The position numbers and the translations under genes are program-made. Under the pieces are notes generated by a model. It saw only the letters and a program-made list of their open reading frames with translations, had not been told where the DNA came from and ran no database searches. Shown piece after piece: positions 36,630 to 49,313 of a DNA stretch of 64,000 bases. This stretch comes from Octopus sinensis (Eukaryota). The stretch is from contig NC_043008.1 in the NCBI RefSeq assembly GCF_006345805.1, positions 21,514,001 through 21,578,000 on the forward strand, read 5' to 3'. Every line of letters starts with the position of its first letter. Positions within the stretch are counted from its first letter, which is position 1.

Positions 36630-36798
36630 TATATACGACGGGCTTCTTTCAGTTTCCGTCTACCAAATCCACTCACAAGGCTTTGGTCGGCCCGAGGCTA
36701 TAGTAGAAGACACTTGCCCAAAGTGCCACGCAGTGGGACTGAACCCGGAACCATGTGGTTGGTAAACAATCTACTTACCACACAGCCACTCCTGCGCC
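36355..36798 (-). mobile_element. Full-length family B SINE
   Basis: Head ggcgcaggagtggctgtgtggtaag, internal (TA)n, tail ggcggtgctccagcatggccgcagtcaaatgactgaaac + (TAAAAGAG)n. Confidence 0.95.
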
Positions 36799-37127
36799 TA
36801 TAACATTTTTTTTTTTTATTTTGTGTTGCATATCTTTATGAAGTGTGGAAGTGATTAGTGTAAAGAAATTCCGATCACTTTGAAATCTGAGTTCTGTCGT
36901 AGCTTCCCATCGATACACCAAAATATCATATTCTTGCTTCTTACCTCCAGAATGAATCATCATAAAATTAAAACTAAATCCTTGTGTTCGATATAATATT
37001 GCTATCCACGTCGAATGCTGCGGCGTAAACCTTTCATATTCAACAAATTTCGGAAAACCTTTAGAAAAGGACGTTATAATCCTACAATATCGAACTGCAT
37101 GAATCTGCAGTTTGATACTGTTAAATC

Positions 37128-37509
37128 GTGGAGGCGCAATGGCCCAGTGGTTAGGGCAGCGGACTCGCGGTCATAGGATCGCGGTTTCGATTCCCAGACC
37201 GGGCGTTGTGAGTGTTTATTGAGCGAAAACACCTAAAGCTCCACGAGGCTCCGGCAGGGGATGGTGGTGATCCCTGCTGTACTCTTTCACCACAACTTTC
37301 TCTCACTCTTACTTCCTGCTTCTGTTGTACCTGTATTTGAAAGGGCCGGCCTTGTCACCCTCTGTGTCACGCTGAATATCCCCGAGAACTACGTTATGGG
37401 TACACGTGTCTGGAGTGCTCAGCCACTTAAACGTTAATTTCACGAGCAGGCTGTTCCGTTGATTCGGATCAACCGGAACCCTCATCGTCGTAACCGACGG
37501 AGTGCTTCC
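37128..37509 (+). mobile_element. Full-length tRNA-derived SINE (head X + tail P) with 11-bp TSD
   Basis: actgttaaatc (37117-37127) vs actattaaatc (37510-37520); head as 13377, tail as 34108. Confidence 0.92.
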
Positions 37510-37597
37510 ACTATTAAATCACATGACAGTGATGGTACCTGTGATATTTGTGGTACTTGTTGCATTGGCATACACATATTCATACAATATGTGTGCG

Positions 37598-37635
<38 letters not shown>

Positions 37636-38042
37636 TAGAGTGCGTATGTGGTTATGATATTACGCTCTAAACCTTGGGTTGGGTACTTTTCTCTTGTTCT
37701 CATATGCAATATATGTGTGTTTGATAATAAGGGAAACATAATTTCTTAGATAAAATATCCAAGACATCAGAATCTCTGCCTGATTTATAATACGAAGGAT
37801 ATCGTGAGATTTACGTAATTTTCCAACTGAAGATTAGCAGCTCAAATGAAATGAAATAGGCTTATATATTTTGCATTAAATATTACTACAATCTAATGAA
37901 GAATTACTACATTATAGGCAGGATTTAAGCTATCACAGATACACAATATATATTGACGTAAAATTATCCATATATATACATACACACACACACACACACC
38001 ACACACACACACACATATATATATATATTATATATATATATA

Positions 38043-38221
38043 TTTAGTGTAGGAAGAAATGGAGCTGAACGAAGATTTAACAAAATTCCTTTTTATTATT
38101 TTCTACATATGTTTCAAAGGCTGCAAAGTCCCTAATTCGGATTTTTCTGTTGTGATTGTTGCTACCCAGGTATCGGTCATCATTTGAATAATCCGTAACA
38201 AGATAATTCATTATCCATTTC

Positions 38222-38290
<69 letters not shown>

Positions 38291-38400
38291 ATATATACAC
38301 ATATATTATATATTATATATTCCAAATTCGGTCTAATATATTATTATACTGAATTTTACCTGTAAGGTTGGAATAATAATTTGTTCCCTAATATTATTTT
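38043..38400. mobile_element. Penelope-like pLTR remnant (family of 2341-2880) split by (TA)n
   Basis: Shares gaaatggagctgaacgaagatt..., gctacccaggtatcggt... and ttttacctgtaaggttgga blocks. Confidence 0.55.
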
Positions 38401-40359
38401 TATATGTATGTATAGATTCATGTAGACCTATCGATATAAAGAGATATATGTGCGTACGGTATCTACGAGTGTGTATGCATGTGTGTATGCGTGTTTATGT
38501 GTGACTGCCTTCCTGTTTGTGAATCCAAATTTTGATTAATTAGAATATATATCATATTTTGCTTTGTTAATTGTTCTTGGCTACTTCTATTAAATTCGAA
38601 GACATATGTTTAACTCTTCGTAATGAGTAGTGAATTGAAACGATTTGGACCGATACAGCTTGACACTGGAATGTAAAAGAATGGAACTGATATCGCAAGA
38701 CATCTCATCCGACTCTCTAACAACTCCTAACTTCAAATCCATCCTCCTGGATTATGAACGGAGTTGAGGGGCTGGAGCTTGTGTCCTTCTAATAATTCGA
38801 CTTAGAAATCCAGTCGAACATTAGACTAAAAAGTATTTTTACTTCAGTGAATATTCTCGAAAAATCTCTATCTTCTTCATAACATGATAAGCTTGTCTTA
38901 TATTGATGTTTACCAAACTTACCACGTTTTGTGTTTTAATACGGATGAATAAATAAAACCTGAAAGCAGTTCTAATTCCATATATTCATGTTAGCGGAAA
39001 TACCGCCATTTTACCAGCTAACGCTGCAACAATACTGGCCATGTGAAAGTTAGTCAGCCATTGAAAATTTTACTTGATGAAATCATTGTCATAGATTTTT
39101 GCCGTATTTCATCTAAACCGTATTTGCTGATCAATATTTCATTATTCCGAAGGGCTTAGATATGCTTAGATTACCGTTCTGACATGAGCCATCTTTCAAA
39201 TACCTCAGATCTTAATCTTTCTAAAATGTGGTTTATAGATTTTATTCGTGGCAATCGATACAGTAATCCATTAGAGGATTTTATCAATATCGTGTAAAAA
39301 TATAGATTGGCGTTTTCCCTGTCTCGGTAAACAGCCTCACTTTCGTATAGTTAATTCTTTTCAAAAATATCTCCTTTCGTCTTTTGTTCACGTATATCGG
39401 TCAATAGGACAGCAGGTATAACTGAATATATAACGCCGCTTGCTTGGGTATAGTTACCTATAGTGAAAAAATTTAATTCACAATGACTGTTTCGTTTCTT
39501 TAATTGAAAGTATTGTTCTCAAACACATCGGCAACGTGTAGGCGTAATCGATTGAATCGAACCAAACCAAGAGTAATGGAATATAACACGTTCAATAATT
39601 AACGCTCCAATTCACTTTGTATAAACAGGTAAAATAACAGTAACTCTGGGAAAACATATTGGTGACAGTTTAGTTTATATCTTATTGCTTTCATTTGTCT
39701 GCCATTTTTGTTTCGAATATAACAATCTAAAACTTGCTAAATGGATGCATTATATAAGAGGCTCAACCTTCCTGTCGCTTTATATATGTATGAATGTATT
39801 ATGTGTGTATATGTATGTATGCATGTATCTGTCTATCTATTCACACATACACACTTCGATATGTTTCTGCTGACAATTAGCCCAAGCTACTTGTAAAACT
39901 TAATACCACCACCTGGTGGGATCTCTTGACTGATGGGATCTCTTGACTATAAAGTCTTATAGCATTATGGCCCAATCAAGTAGGAATTTGTTAACAGAGA
40001 CGTATCCAAACATACGCGACATATCTGGTATCCTTACAGTAAACATTCTCTTTACTGGTACTAAAAATCCGGAACTCACGAACGAGCGACACCCTGAAAA
40101 AAATGTTATTTGGGTTAAGAGAATTTGCGCTAATTTGTGTTAATTAATTAATTGTCATTAAAATGTTATCATTTCAGTTATTTCAGTATATTAAGAATAA
40201 TAATGATGCATATTGAGAGAGTTTTAATTTGTTGCAATGGTGATTCAAAAAGTGATCATCAGATATCCGGAAATGTCAGTTATCCGAGAATACTCCTGTT
40301 TCACTAGTGTTGGTTAAGAAGAAATTTACAGTGTATGAAATAATATGTCTTCAGTAGAT

Positions 40360-40812
40360 AAAGCGGCGAAGTGGTAGAATCGTTAGCATGCCGGACAAAG
40401 TGATTAGCCTAATTTCGCCCGTCTTTACGTTATGGGTTCAAATTCCGCCGGCGACGACTTTCCCTTTCCCCCATTCGGGGCCGATAAAATAAATATTTCA
40501 CTACTGCCCACAAGGGGCTAAACACAGAGGGGAGGGGACAAACGGATTATGTCGATTACATCGACCCCAGGGCGTAACTGGTACTTAATTTATCGACCCC
40601 GAAAGGATGAAAGGCAAAGTCGACCTCGGCGGAATTTGAACTCAGAACGTAACAGCAGACGAAATACGGCTACGCATTTCGCCCGGCGTGCTAACGAGTC
40701 TGCCAGCTCGCCGATAAAATAAGTACCAGTAAAACATTGGGGTCGATGTAATCGACTTAGCCCCCCCCACCCCCGAATTGCTGGCCTTGAGCTAAGATTT
40801 AAAATCAATATT
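40360..40812 (+). mobile_element. Older family A-like SINE (40360-40492 + 40723-40812) interrupted by a younger antisense copy
   Basis: Sequence resumes colinearly (gataaaataa|gtaccag) after the insertion. Confidence 0.88.
40493..40710 (-). mobile_element. Family A SINE nested in an older SINE, 12-bp TSD
   Basis: ccgataaaataa at 40481-40492 and 40711-40722. Confidence 0.93.
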
Positions 40813-40822
40813 TCTTGAGTGT

Positions 40823-41040
40823 AAGGCAGGAAGCAGAATCGTTAGCAGGCAGGACAACATGCTTAGTAGCGTTTCATCCTTCTTTACCTTCTTCGTTCAA
40901 ATTCTGTCGTGGTTGACTTTGTCTTTCTTCTTTTCGTGGTCGTTAATATAAGTACCAGTTGAATACTGGGATCGATGAAAATAGCTAGCATACTGTCCCG
41001 AAATTACTGGCCGTGTGCCAAAATTGAAAACCAATATTTC
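40823..41040 (+). mobile_element. Old, diverged family A-like SINE
   Basis: aaggcagg.agcagaatcgttagca...gttcaaattctgtcgtggttgactttgtctttc...taagtaccagttgaatactggg...ggccgtgtgccaaaattgaaaaccaatatt. Confidence 0.75.
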
Positions 41041-41621
41041 ATTAGTGTATGATCAAGAAAATATAAGCGCAGCACGAATAGTTTCGTCGGCCAAAATAAA
41101 AACCTATACAAGATTTATAAATTTACAGGAAAAAGCCACCTCATAAAATCTTTTAAGGAATTATTAATGAAACCGTCATACAAACCGTCGACAGACGTGC
41201 TGTTTGGCCTGCATTTTCCGTCAACAATGTGTCTCTTCTGAATAGTCTGTACTTTTTTTTATGGTTTTGTTCAGGGTAAAACATTGACCTTTAGTTGATC
41301 TTGCACAGAAAAAAGAGTGGAAATTTTATTGCAGCACACCCGGCTTATGAATAATGAATGTCGATTAACACCTTTATCGCTGTCACTTGCTATCCTGCAT
41401 GTATCTTATGGTTTTGCTTTATTTACACACATTTATACCGGGAGATGTTCATTTGGGTCTAAATGGATTTCGGGTAAAGAAATTCGAAATATTAACAAGT
41501 CAAAAACAACGGGTTACTAACAACTTCGAAATTTGTTAATATATATATATATACATGTACATATATACATATATACATATATACATACATATATAATTAT
41601 ATATATATATATACATATATA

Positions 41622-41661
<40 letters not shown>

Positions 41662-41689
41662 GAAATATTAAAATTACTAAGTCTCTCTA

Positions 41690-42013
41690 AAGGAGATTGC
41701 GGCATCGTTACTGGAAATTAATAGTTATCGCCATACTTATAAGGTACTCTTATAAATATAAGACTAAAGCTGTCGCTGATTAGCTCCAAGAGGCCATCGC
41801 CTCAAGCTAGCTATTTGACACACAACCTGCGTCCATTATAAACCTTCGAATCAGCCGATTCCTTCCTGCCAGTCAGACAGCTGCAGACATGTTTCAGGGT
41901 ATTTGCCCTTTATCAATGCAGCGTAGTCAGACCCAGCAGGTGTCGCTACTGGCTGTCCTTGTTCGAAGAATCTATTTACCTAGTTTCAGTGGAATACATC
42001 CACTTGTTTAAAT
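41690..42013. mobile_element. Unclassified 324-bp insertion flanked by a 16-bp direct repeat
   Basis: ttactaagtctctcta at 41674-41689 and 42014-42029; interior non-coding and not similar to the other SINEs here. Confidence 0.6.
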
Positions 42014-42030
42014 TTACTAAGTCTCTCTAG

Positions 42031-42740
42031 TGAAGGCATATGGGTCGTGAGGTTGTGCGTTCGATTCCCAGACCGAGCCTGTCGTGTTCTTCAGCAAGAC
42101 ACTTTATTTCACGTGGCTCCAGTTTACCCAGCTGTAGAAATGAGTTGCGACGTCACTGGTGCCAAGCTATATCCGCCATTACCTTACCTTTGGAGAACAT
42201 CGGCGGCGTGAATAGGGATGGCTGGTATGGATTGGGGACTGTTGATCTCTCTCTATATAAACGGCAGTTTGTCTGTGTGTGTTTCTGTGTGTCTGTTAGC
42301 TTGTAGCCTCACCCTGACCACGGCTTTCAGCCGATTCTGATGAAACTTAACACACACATAGCCCAATGTCATAATTCAAAACTAACGCAGAGAAAATTTT
42401 GAAAAGTTCCCCCAGTTCTGAAAAAAACGATAAATTCGACATGGGGTCGAGAATCAGAAACACAAACCACAGACTGTCTAGGGGACGCAACTCGACCGTT
42501 TTAACTCTCAAAAAAAAATTTACCATAATTTTTTTTCCATTTTTTTGGCTATAACTCTCTAAAAATGCTTTATAGTTATTTCCCTTACAAACCCGAGCAA
42601 CGCCGGGCGATACTGCTAGTCTTCGATAAAAACAATCCTAGGTTGTGCGATCGCCGATTAGGCGACTTTCCTCCCAGACTTGCACCCCGGGGTGTAACCT
42701 CTCTGTTGCCCCGTTGATCATTCATGACTTACGGAATCGA
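42031..42740 (+). mobile_element. SINE (head Y + tail R) interrupted by a Helitron at 42246-42619
   Basis: Colinear with 9423 copy on both sides of the insertion (ggggactgttga|tcttcgataaaaacaatcc vs gggcgactactggtcttctataaacaacc). Confidence 0.8.
42246..42619 (+). mobile_element. Non-autonomous Helitron-type element (374 bp)
   Basis: 5' TC(TCTCTCTATATAAA), 3' hairpin cccgagcaacgccggg (42592-42607) 8 nt before terminal CTAG, inserted between A and T with no TSD. Confidence 0.88.
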
Positions 42741-43106
42741 GAATATGTGTGTGTGTATATATATATATATATGTATGTGTGTATTTGTATCAATATATAT
42801 AATATATAATAGAAATAATGGTTCATATACATTTATTCGTATTCGATATTATTGTCTTATATATTCATTCATACATACACGCGCGTGCGTGCACACACAT
42901 ACACACACATTTAGTTGAATAAGGAGTAGAAAGTCTTTGGTACATTATTATATATTTGAAAGAAAATTGAAATTATCTTTCAGATGATTTTTCCATTTTA
43001 AGAATAAGATGTTTATAAATTATTAATTATATAGGTAATTTATAAACATCTAAATGTTAAAAATGAAAAAGAATTATTAGAAAAGCTATTTGTATCATTT
43101 TATAAT

Positions 43107-43137
<31 letters not shown>

Positions 43138-43201
43138 CACATATACTATATATATACATAAATATATATATATATATATATAGATATTAATATATATTTA
43201 T

Positions 43202-43255
<54 letters not shown>

Positions 43256-43397
43256 CATATATATACATACTCACAAACATACACATACACACAGACACAC
43301 ACACGCGCGGGCGTACACAAGACATACATACATGCTCTCATACGTAAATGAAACAAACAGAAAATGGAAGTTGCGCGATTCTTTATTAATTACTACA

Positions 43398-43578
43398 ATC
43401 GTTTCGACCAATTTTGTATCGATCCCGCGCGGGTGAGATACTATACATCGGGTTATGGTGTATCCTTCGGCGCAGATGTCTCTCGTCAGATGACTTTCCA
43501 ATGGTACTTTGCTCAGTGATCTCAGTTTCGCAACATAACTAGTTGCATAGTATTTCACCCGCGAGGGTTCGAAACGAT
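43398..43578. repeat. Imperfect inverted repeat / fold-back element (~180 bp)
   Basis: atcgtttcga (43398-43407) pairs with 43569-43578; cgcgggtgagatactat (43428-43444) pairs 16/17 with 43547-43563. Confidence 0.8.
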
Positions 43579-43783
43579 CTTTGTGATTAATAGTCTCGTG
43601 AAATCAATTTTCTTTTTGTTTTTTCTCATTCGTTATATATTCACCGATCACTGTGGAATTCATGAGATTGATCTACTGACATTTATAACAATACTGTAGG
43701 TGACATGAGGTAGCCATATTCGGTGAACGTGCGTACAACCAGGTGTATATCCAGGTATTAATTAACTACTTATATACATACAT

Positions 43784-43842
<59 letters not shown>

Positions 43843-43844
43843 CT

Positions 43845-43941
<97 letters not shown>

Positions 43942-43955
43942 GAGAGAGAGAGAGG

Positions 43956-43990
<35 letters not shown>

Positions 43991-44004
43991 GGATATATGT
44001 ATGT

Positions 44005-44248
44005 TATGGTTATCTCCCCTACTTTCCTTCTCGTGTTTGACCCTTCTGTCCGGCACTAGTCGCCATGATAGATCGTTAGCCACAACACACATTTTTCTCT
44101 CTCCTTGTTTCTCTCCTTGTTTTTTCTGTGTCCCTTTCTGAAGAAGAGCGTAGGCTCGAATCGTAAAATACTTTTTCTATTCCTGAGCGTTATATTAATA
44201 CATCTGTTTGTTTGTACATCACTGTCTTCGTCTTTTGTTTTTTCGTGA
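44005..44248 (+). mobile_element. Penelope-like pLTR remnant with hammerhead-like motif
   Basis: CTGAAGA-A-GAGC-gtag-GCTC-GAAT-CGTA at 44138-44165 in pyrimidine-rich pLTR-like context between microsatellites. Confidence 0.65.
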
Positions 44249-44253
44249 ACTCT

Positions 44254-44321
<68 letters not shown>

Positions 44322-44339
44322 ATATATATATATATAAGT

Positions 44340-44640
44340 ATATGAAATAATGGAGTTGAACGACTAGTTAACAAATATCCTTTATTCTCGACATATGTTT
44401 CGAAGGCTGCATATTCCTAATTCCGAAGGAATAAGGAGTACATTATGCAGATTTCTCATAAGATTTCTCATCACAATTATATACTTATAATTTTAAAATA
44501 AACATACAAATTTCCGCACGAAGACACGTAGTCTATGCCCTAGGGACGTAGCTTCAACCGTGTTCTTTCTGATGTGAATCTGCTACCCAGGTATCGGTTA
44601 TCTTTCGAATTATCCTTATAGATAATTCATTCAACTACTA
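44340..44640. mobile_element. Penelope-like pLTR remnant (family of 2341-2880)
   Basis: aatggagttgaacga...ctttattctcgacatatgtttcgaaggctgca...gctacccaggtatcggtta. Confidence 0.55.
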
Positions 44641-44678
<38 letters not shown>

Positions 44679-45370
44679 CACACAACATATATAAGCGGAC
44701 TTACATGACGGGCTCCATCACAAAACATTGACTGTAGTAGAAACACTTGTCCAAGATGTCTCACGGTAGGACTAAACCTGAAACCACATGGCTGCTAAGA
44801 GATACAACCATGCCCGGAGTACTTATTTGTCTTAAGTCTGTCCCATGAGATCTGAATTTAGGGGCAAAACCAGAACACCAATATCAACCTATACTTCGCT
44901 TGTATAATGAGATCCGCGGTCTGAAATATTCACTCAGTTATCGTTTAGATGATTCAGTGTCTGATCATAAAGAATATCTGTTTCGAAGTGGAAAAAGATT
45001 AAGTATTTAAAAAAAAAATCTTGTGTATGATATCTTTAGGTTATTTATGAACCCCAATAAACACCGGGTACTCGCTGGTAGTGTAGGGTTATAAAGAATG
45101 TCGAACGATAATGGACATGAAACAATTTTCTTTTTTTTATTTCTTTGATACTTTTGAAATGGGTTTTATTTCAAAAAGATTGATTATCGAGCCTCTTTAT
45201 CTTTACAGTCGTATGAACAGCTTGAAAGCGAAAGTAAACACTTCTGTTTGTTTATTTGATTGTCACGAACGGATGTATAGAATAACAATGGCGCTTTGAT
45301 TATTCAGCGATATTAATTTACATCAGTGACGACACACACACACACACATATATATATATACATACATACA

Positions 45371-45517
<147 letters not shown>

Positions 45518-45535
45518 GTATGTATGTGTATGTGT

Positions 45536-45570
<35 letters not shown>

Positions 45571-46129
45571 ATATATATATGTGTATGTATGTATATGTGT
45601 GCGTGAGTATCGTGGCAAATTAAGCGGAATAGCAATAATATTTACTAGATAAAGCTGTTAAGTTGTCTGTCAAATATGGCAGGCCACTAAAGTAAAACAT
45701 TTAACGCTGCTGGATTTCATTTCCCTGATATACTAAATTCAAGCCTTGCTGTCGACAGCCTTCGATTTCAAACTTTTGCAATCAATCAAAATATATTGCG
45801 AACTTGATTTAGTCATCAATATGACTTATCCCCCACACCTTGCTCCAGTGTGCAATCGAAATAAATAAATTATGAACGATTTCGGAACGAAACTTCAATG
45901 CCACGTTGAGTCAGGTTATTTCGTTGGGTCTTCTAAAGACAGCAGTTTCATCTCTTTGAAATCACTCATTGCCACCTTAAAGCTAGAAGGCCACATTTCG
46001 TAATGTAGTTCTAGAATCACTATGTGAAAATAATCAGAGATAAAACGCAATCGTGGATTATCGTTAATCTAGTGTTCTACTGCATCCGACAACAGCTTTG
46101 CTGGTATATATTAGTTTCAAATCTTTCAA

Positions 46130-46260
46130 ATCGGTGCTTAACTGGTACCTAGTGTATCTACCCCGAAAAGATGAAATGAAACTTGACTTTGGTGGCATTT
46201 GAACTGAGAACGCAAAGATGGATGAAATCCGTCTAAGCATTTTGTGCGGAGTGCTCTAGT
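46130..46260 (-). mobile_element. Old family A-like SINE fragment
   Basis: aactggtacc...accccgaaaagatgaaatgaaacttgactttggtggcatttgaactgagaacg. Confidence 0.65.
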
Positions 46261-46454
46261 TCTAGTATGACAACTGATTTGGGGTTAAAAAATAACAGTA
46301 GTCGGAAATACCTGTATTGTGAAACTGGTTTGTTTGTTCTGCCACACAATTGATTAAAAAAATATTGTAGGCTAGCGCTGTATAGAAAAATGTACAGCCC
46401 ACCGTCTGTTACACACGAAGGAATATGACAGTGTGTACCATGCTTTAGATAATC

Positions 46455-46794
46455 TTTCATGTGGCGAGCAGGCCCTCGTGTGGCGTGTATAGCCTCATGT
46501 GATGAGTAGTCCTGCATGTAGCAAGCAGGTTTTCATGTAGCAAGCAGACCTCATGTGGTGAGCAGACCTCATGTGGTGAGCAGACCTCATGTGGTGAGCA
46601 GACCTCATGTGGAAAGCAGACAAGGCCTCATGTGGCGTGTAGACTCTCGTGTGGCGAGCAGGTCATGAGACGAACATAACCTCATGTGGAGTGTAGGCCC
46701 TCATCTGGCGAGCAGGCCCTCATGTGTCGAGCAGACATTCAATTGGCGAGCAGATCTGGTTATGACGAACAGGTCCTCATATAACGAACAAACC
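46455..46794. repeat. 18-19-bp minisatellite (consensus ~GAGCAGACCTCATGTGGT), roughly 18 variant copies
   Basis: Three exact units at ~46560-46612 grading into diverged units on both sides. Confidence 0.9.
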
Positions 46795-47625
46795 CTTACT
46801 GCCTCCTCGACCTTGATCCAGCGGGGCATCGCAAATATGACTCGGATGAACAGAGTTTGATACTCATTACCATTAGACTGGATCAATGTGAAATGCCTCA
46901 CCTTGATCAAAAACTCAAAGTGCCACCTCGTCAAGGAATTGTCAATCGTGTTCCGAACTCTATAACCACCATGTCACGTGCCTTCACAGGCTAGCACTCT
47001 CCTACATATCTGTGTCTATTTTGCTTCGCTTCGCAGTAAAAGTTATTTTACATTGACATAGCTTGTCAATACTTTTAACCTTATAAAATAAACCTCTCTT
47101 CTATCAACCCTGATACTGTATGTCTAATCTATCATTGTCGCTTCTAAATTACCAGGGAACGGTATCGACCAGCTGCACTCAGCGTCGCTCTGGTTGAGTG
47201 TTTCTAAGACTTTATAGAATGTTGTGAATACAACATCGATTTCGCATCTACGCTTAATATAAAATGAATGTCCGTCAGGTTCGATGATGTGCTGTTCAAT
47301 CACCTTAACTATATGTTCATGGAATATGCATGTAAGTGGCTGAGTATTCCAAAGACATTATATTCTTATTACTTAGAATCATTGCGATACAGTGAAATAA
47401 GCCTGGACCTTTACATGCATGTGCAATCAACATAATGAGTTACACAGTTTCCGTCTACCGAAAGAACCCAAGCAACGCTTTGTGTGAGTTAGACCGATGC
47501 TATGATAAACAAAAATCTAAGATAGTACTCAATAAGATCGAACCCGGGACCTCGTGATTAGCGAACCGAGCTTCATCACAAATCGGCACCATGCAAACTA
47601 GGTCTAGATGTATCATAAATACACT

Positions 47626-47843
47626 TATTTCTTTATTGCCCACATGGGGACAAACAAGGACAGACAAAGGGATTAAGTCGATTACATCGACCCCAGTGCG
47701 TAACTGGTACTTAATTTATCTACCCCGAAAGGATGAATGGCGAAGTCGACCTCAACGGAATTTGAACTCACAACGTAACGACAGACGAAATACGGCTACG
47801 AATTTCGCCCGGCGTGCAAACGTTTCTGCCAGCTCGTCGCCTT
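47626..47843 (-). mobile_element. Family A SINE with 21-bp TSD
   Basis: tagatgtatcataaatacact (47605-47625) vs tagatgtattataaatacact (47844-47864). Confidence 0.94.
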
Positions 47844-48385
47844 TAGATGTATTATAAATACACTATTAATCAATAACATCACAATAAAACTACTACAAAT
47901 CTATATTTCTGCCGCTAATCAATGAAACTAAAATAAACCAAGGTGCTTAATATAACCAATAAACCCAAACGAAATCAATAAATTTAACATCAAATAACGT
48001 ATTAAATCTAGATCAAACACAAATTGTATCGACAAAAGTGTTTCAAGCTCAGTCGACCTTTGAGCTTCTCACAATCTGACTTGTGTTTTTGACCAAAACA
48101 TTTAACATTCTACATTTCACATCGCGTAGCTTAAGTGATATTTAAACGCGGACACAATCCAGCGATGATGTTGAATAGTCCAGCACAGCTGTCTCAGTGA
48201 CCTAGACTGAAAAGCAAAAAATGAGATGAGAAAAGATTCTCAACTAGAGGTTCGATCAACTAGCAAGAGCAACTAAATCTCACTCGAATTGCACAGTTCC
48301 GTCCTTCGGTGAAGGAAGTCGCCTTAACGTTCGAACAAACATAAACACGGTAATGCTTCTTATCGTATTACAAATGGCTAATATT

Positions 48386-48529
48386 CTTTTCTAGTCTAGG
48401 CACAAGGCCCGAAATTTTGAGGGAGGGGTCCAGTCGGTTAGATCGACGCCAGTATGCAATTGGTACCTAATTTATCGACCCCGAAGGGATGAAAGGCAAA
48501 GTCAACCTCGGCAGAATTTGAACTCAGAA
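48386..48529 (-). mobile_element. 5'-truncated family A-like SINE with 16-bp TSD
   Basis: acaaatggctaatatt (48370-48385) vs acaaattgctaatatt (48530-48545); element starts at the B-box. Confidence 0.85.
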
Positions 48530-49159
48530 ACAAATTGCTAATATTATCTGTCGGTTACAGCTTCAATCAGATGCGTCTTTGGTGTCCTGTGACAGAATTT
48601 CAACAGAAAATTCATGAAACCGGAACAGATACCACAAGCCATTTTGTCAAAAGCTCAAAAAATATTGTCGACCAATAGGTCAGGAACGGTACTTTCTGTT
48701 TCAGCCCCAAAAGAGTGAAAAGCAAATTTGATCTCAGCGGGTTTTGAACTCAGATAGCAGAGATTACGAATAAAGCTGCGATGAAATCTATCCAACATAT
48801 CAATGATTGTGTCAATTCACCGCCCTGAATGCTGTTAAGTGTTCATATTTACTGAACACGAAAAATGATCGTTACATGAAAACTTGATTGTAGGCCTGTT
48901 TTGGTCAAGAGGGATTTATGGCTAAACAGCAAAAAGCAATAATAGCAAATGCGAAAATGCAAAAATCGACGTTAACTGGGAGATGTCGAAGTCTTAAGTA
49001 TCTTTCTTACATCTCATTTTTCATGTAAGTATAAGTTACCTGAAACCTAACAGTTCAACTGTGGAGGAAATATAAATTTCATCACGTCGTAGTAAACGTC
49101 GCTCAAAAACAATTCCCTGTAAACTTGACAAAGTAGTAGCATTCTTCTTTTTCTTCTTC

Positions 49160-49310
49160 TTCTTCTTCTTCTTCTTGTATTGAAAGTGTTTTGCGTGGGG
49201 TGTGTGCAGTGCCCAGTAGTGCAATTTTCTGTATGTTATATATATTTGTAAGTCCCGGTGTTTTTGTTATGTATTTGTCTGAATATTTTTTATCATACCT
49301 AATGTGCCCA
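49160..49310 (-). mobile_element. R4/Dong-type RLE C-terminal fragment
   Basis: KKYSDKYITKTPGLTNIYNIQKIALLGTAHTPRKTLSIQ matches the RLE C-terminal motif (LLGTAHILRK); abuts a (GAA)n run. Confidence 0.75.
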
Positions 49311-49313
49311 CTA

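Noticed and set aside
46455-46794. CRISPR-like regular repeat
   Set aside because: Units are contiguous with no unique spacers, no cas genes, and the context is eukaryotic.
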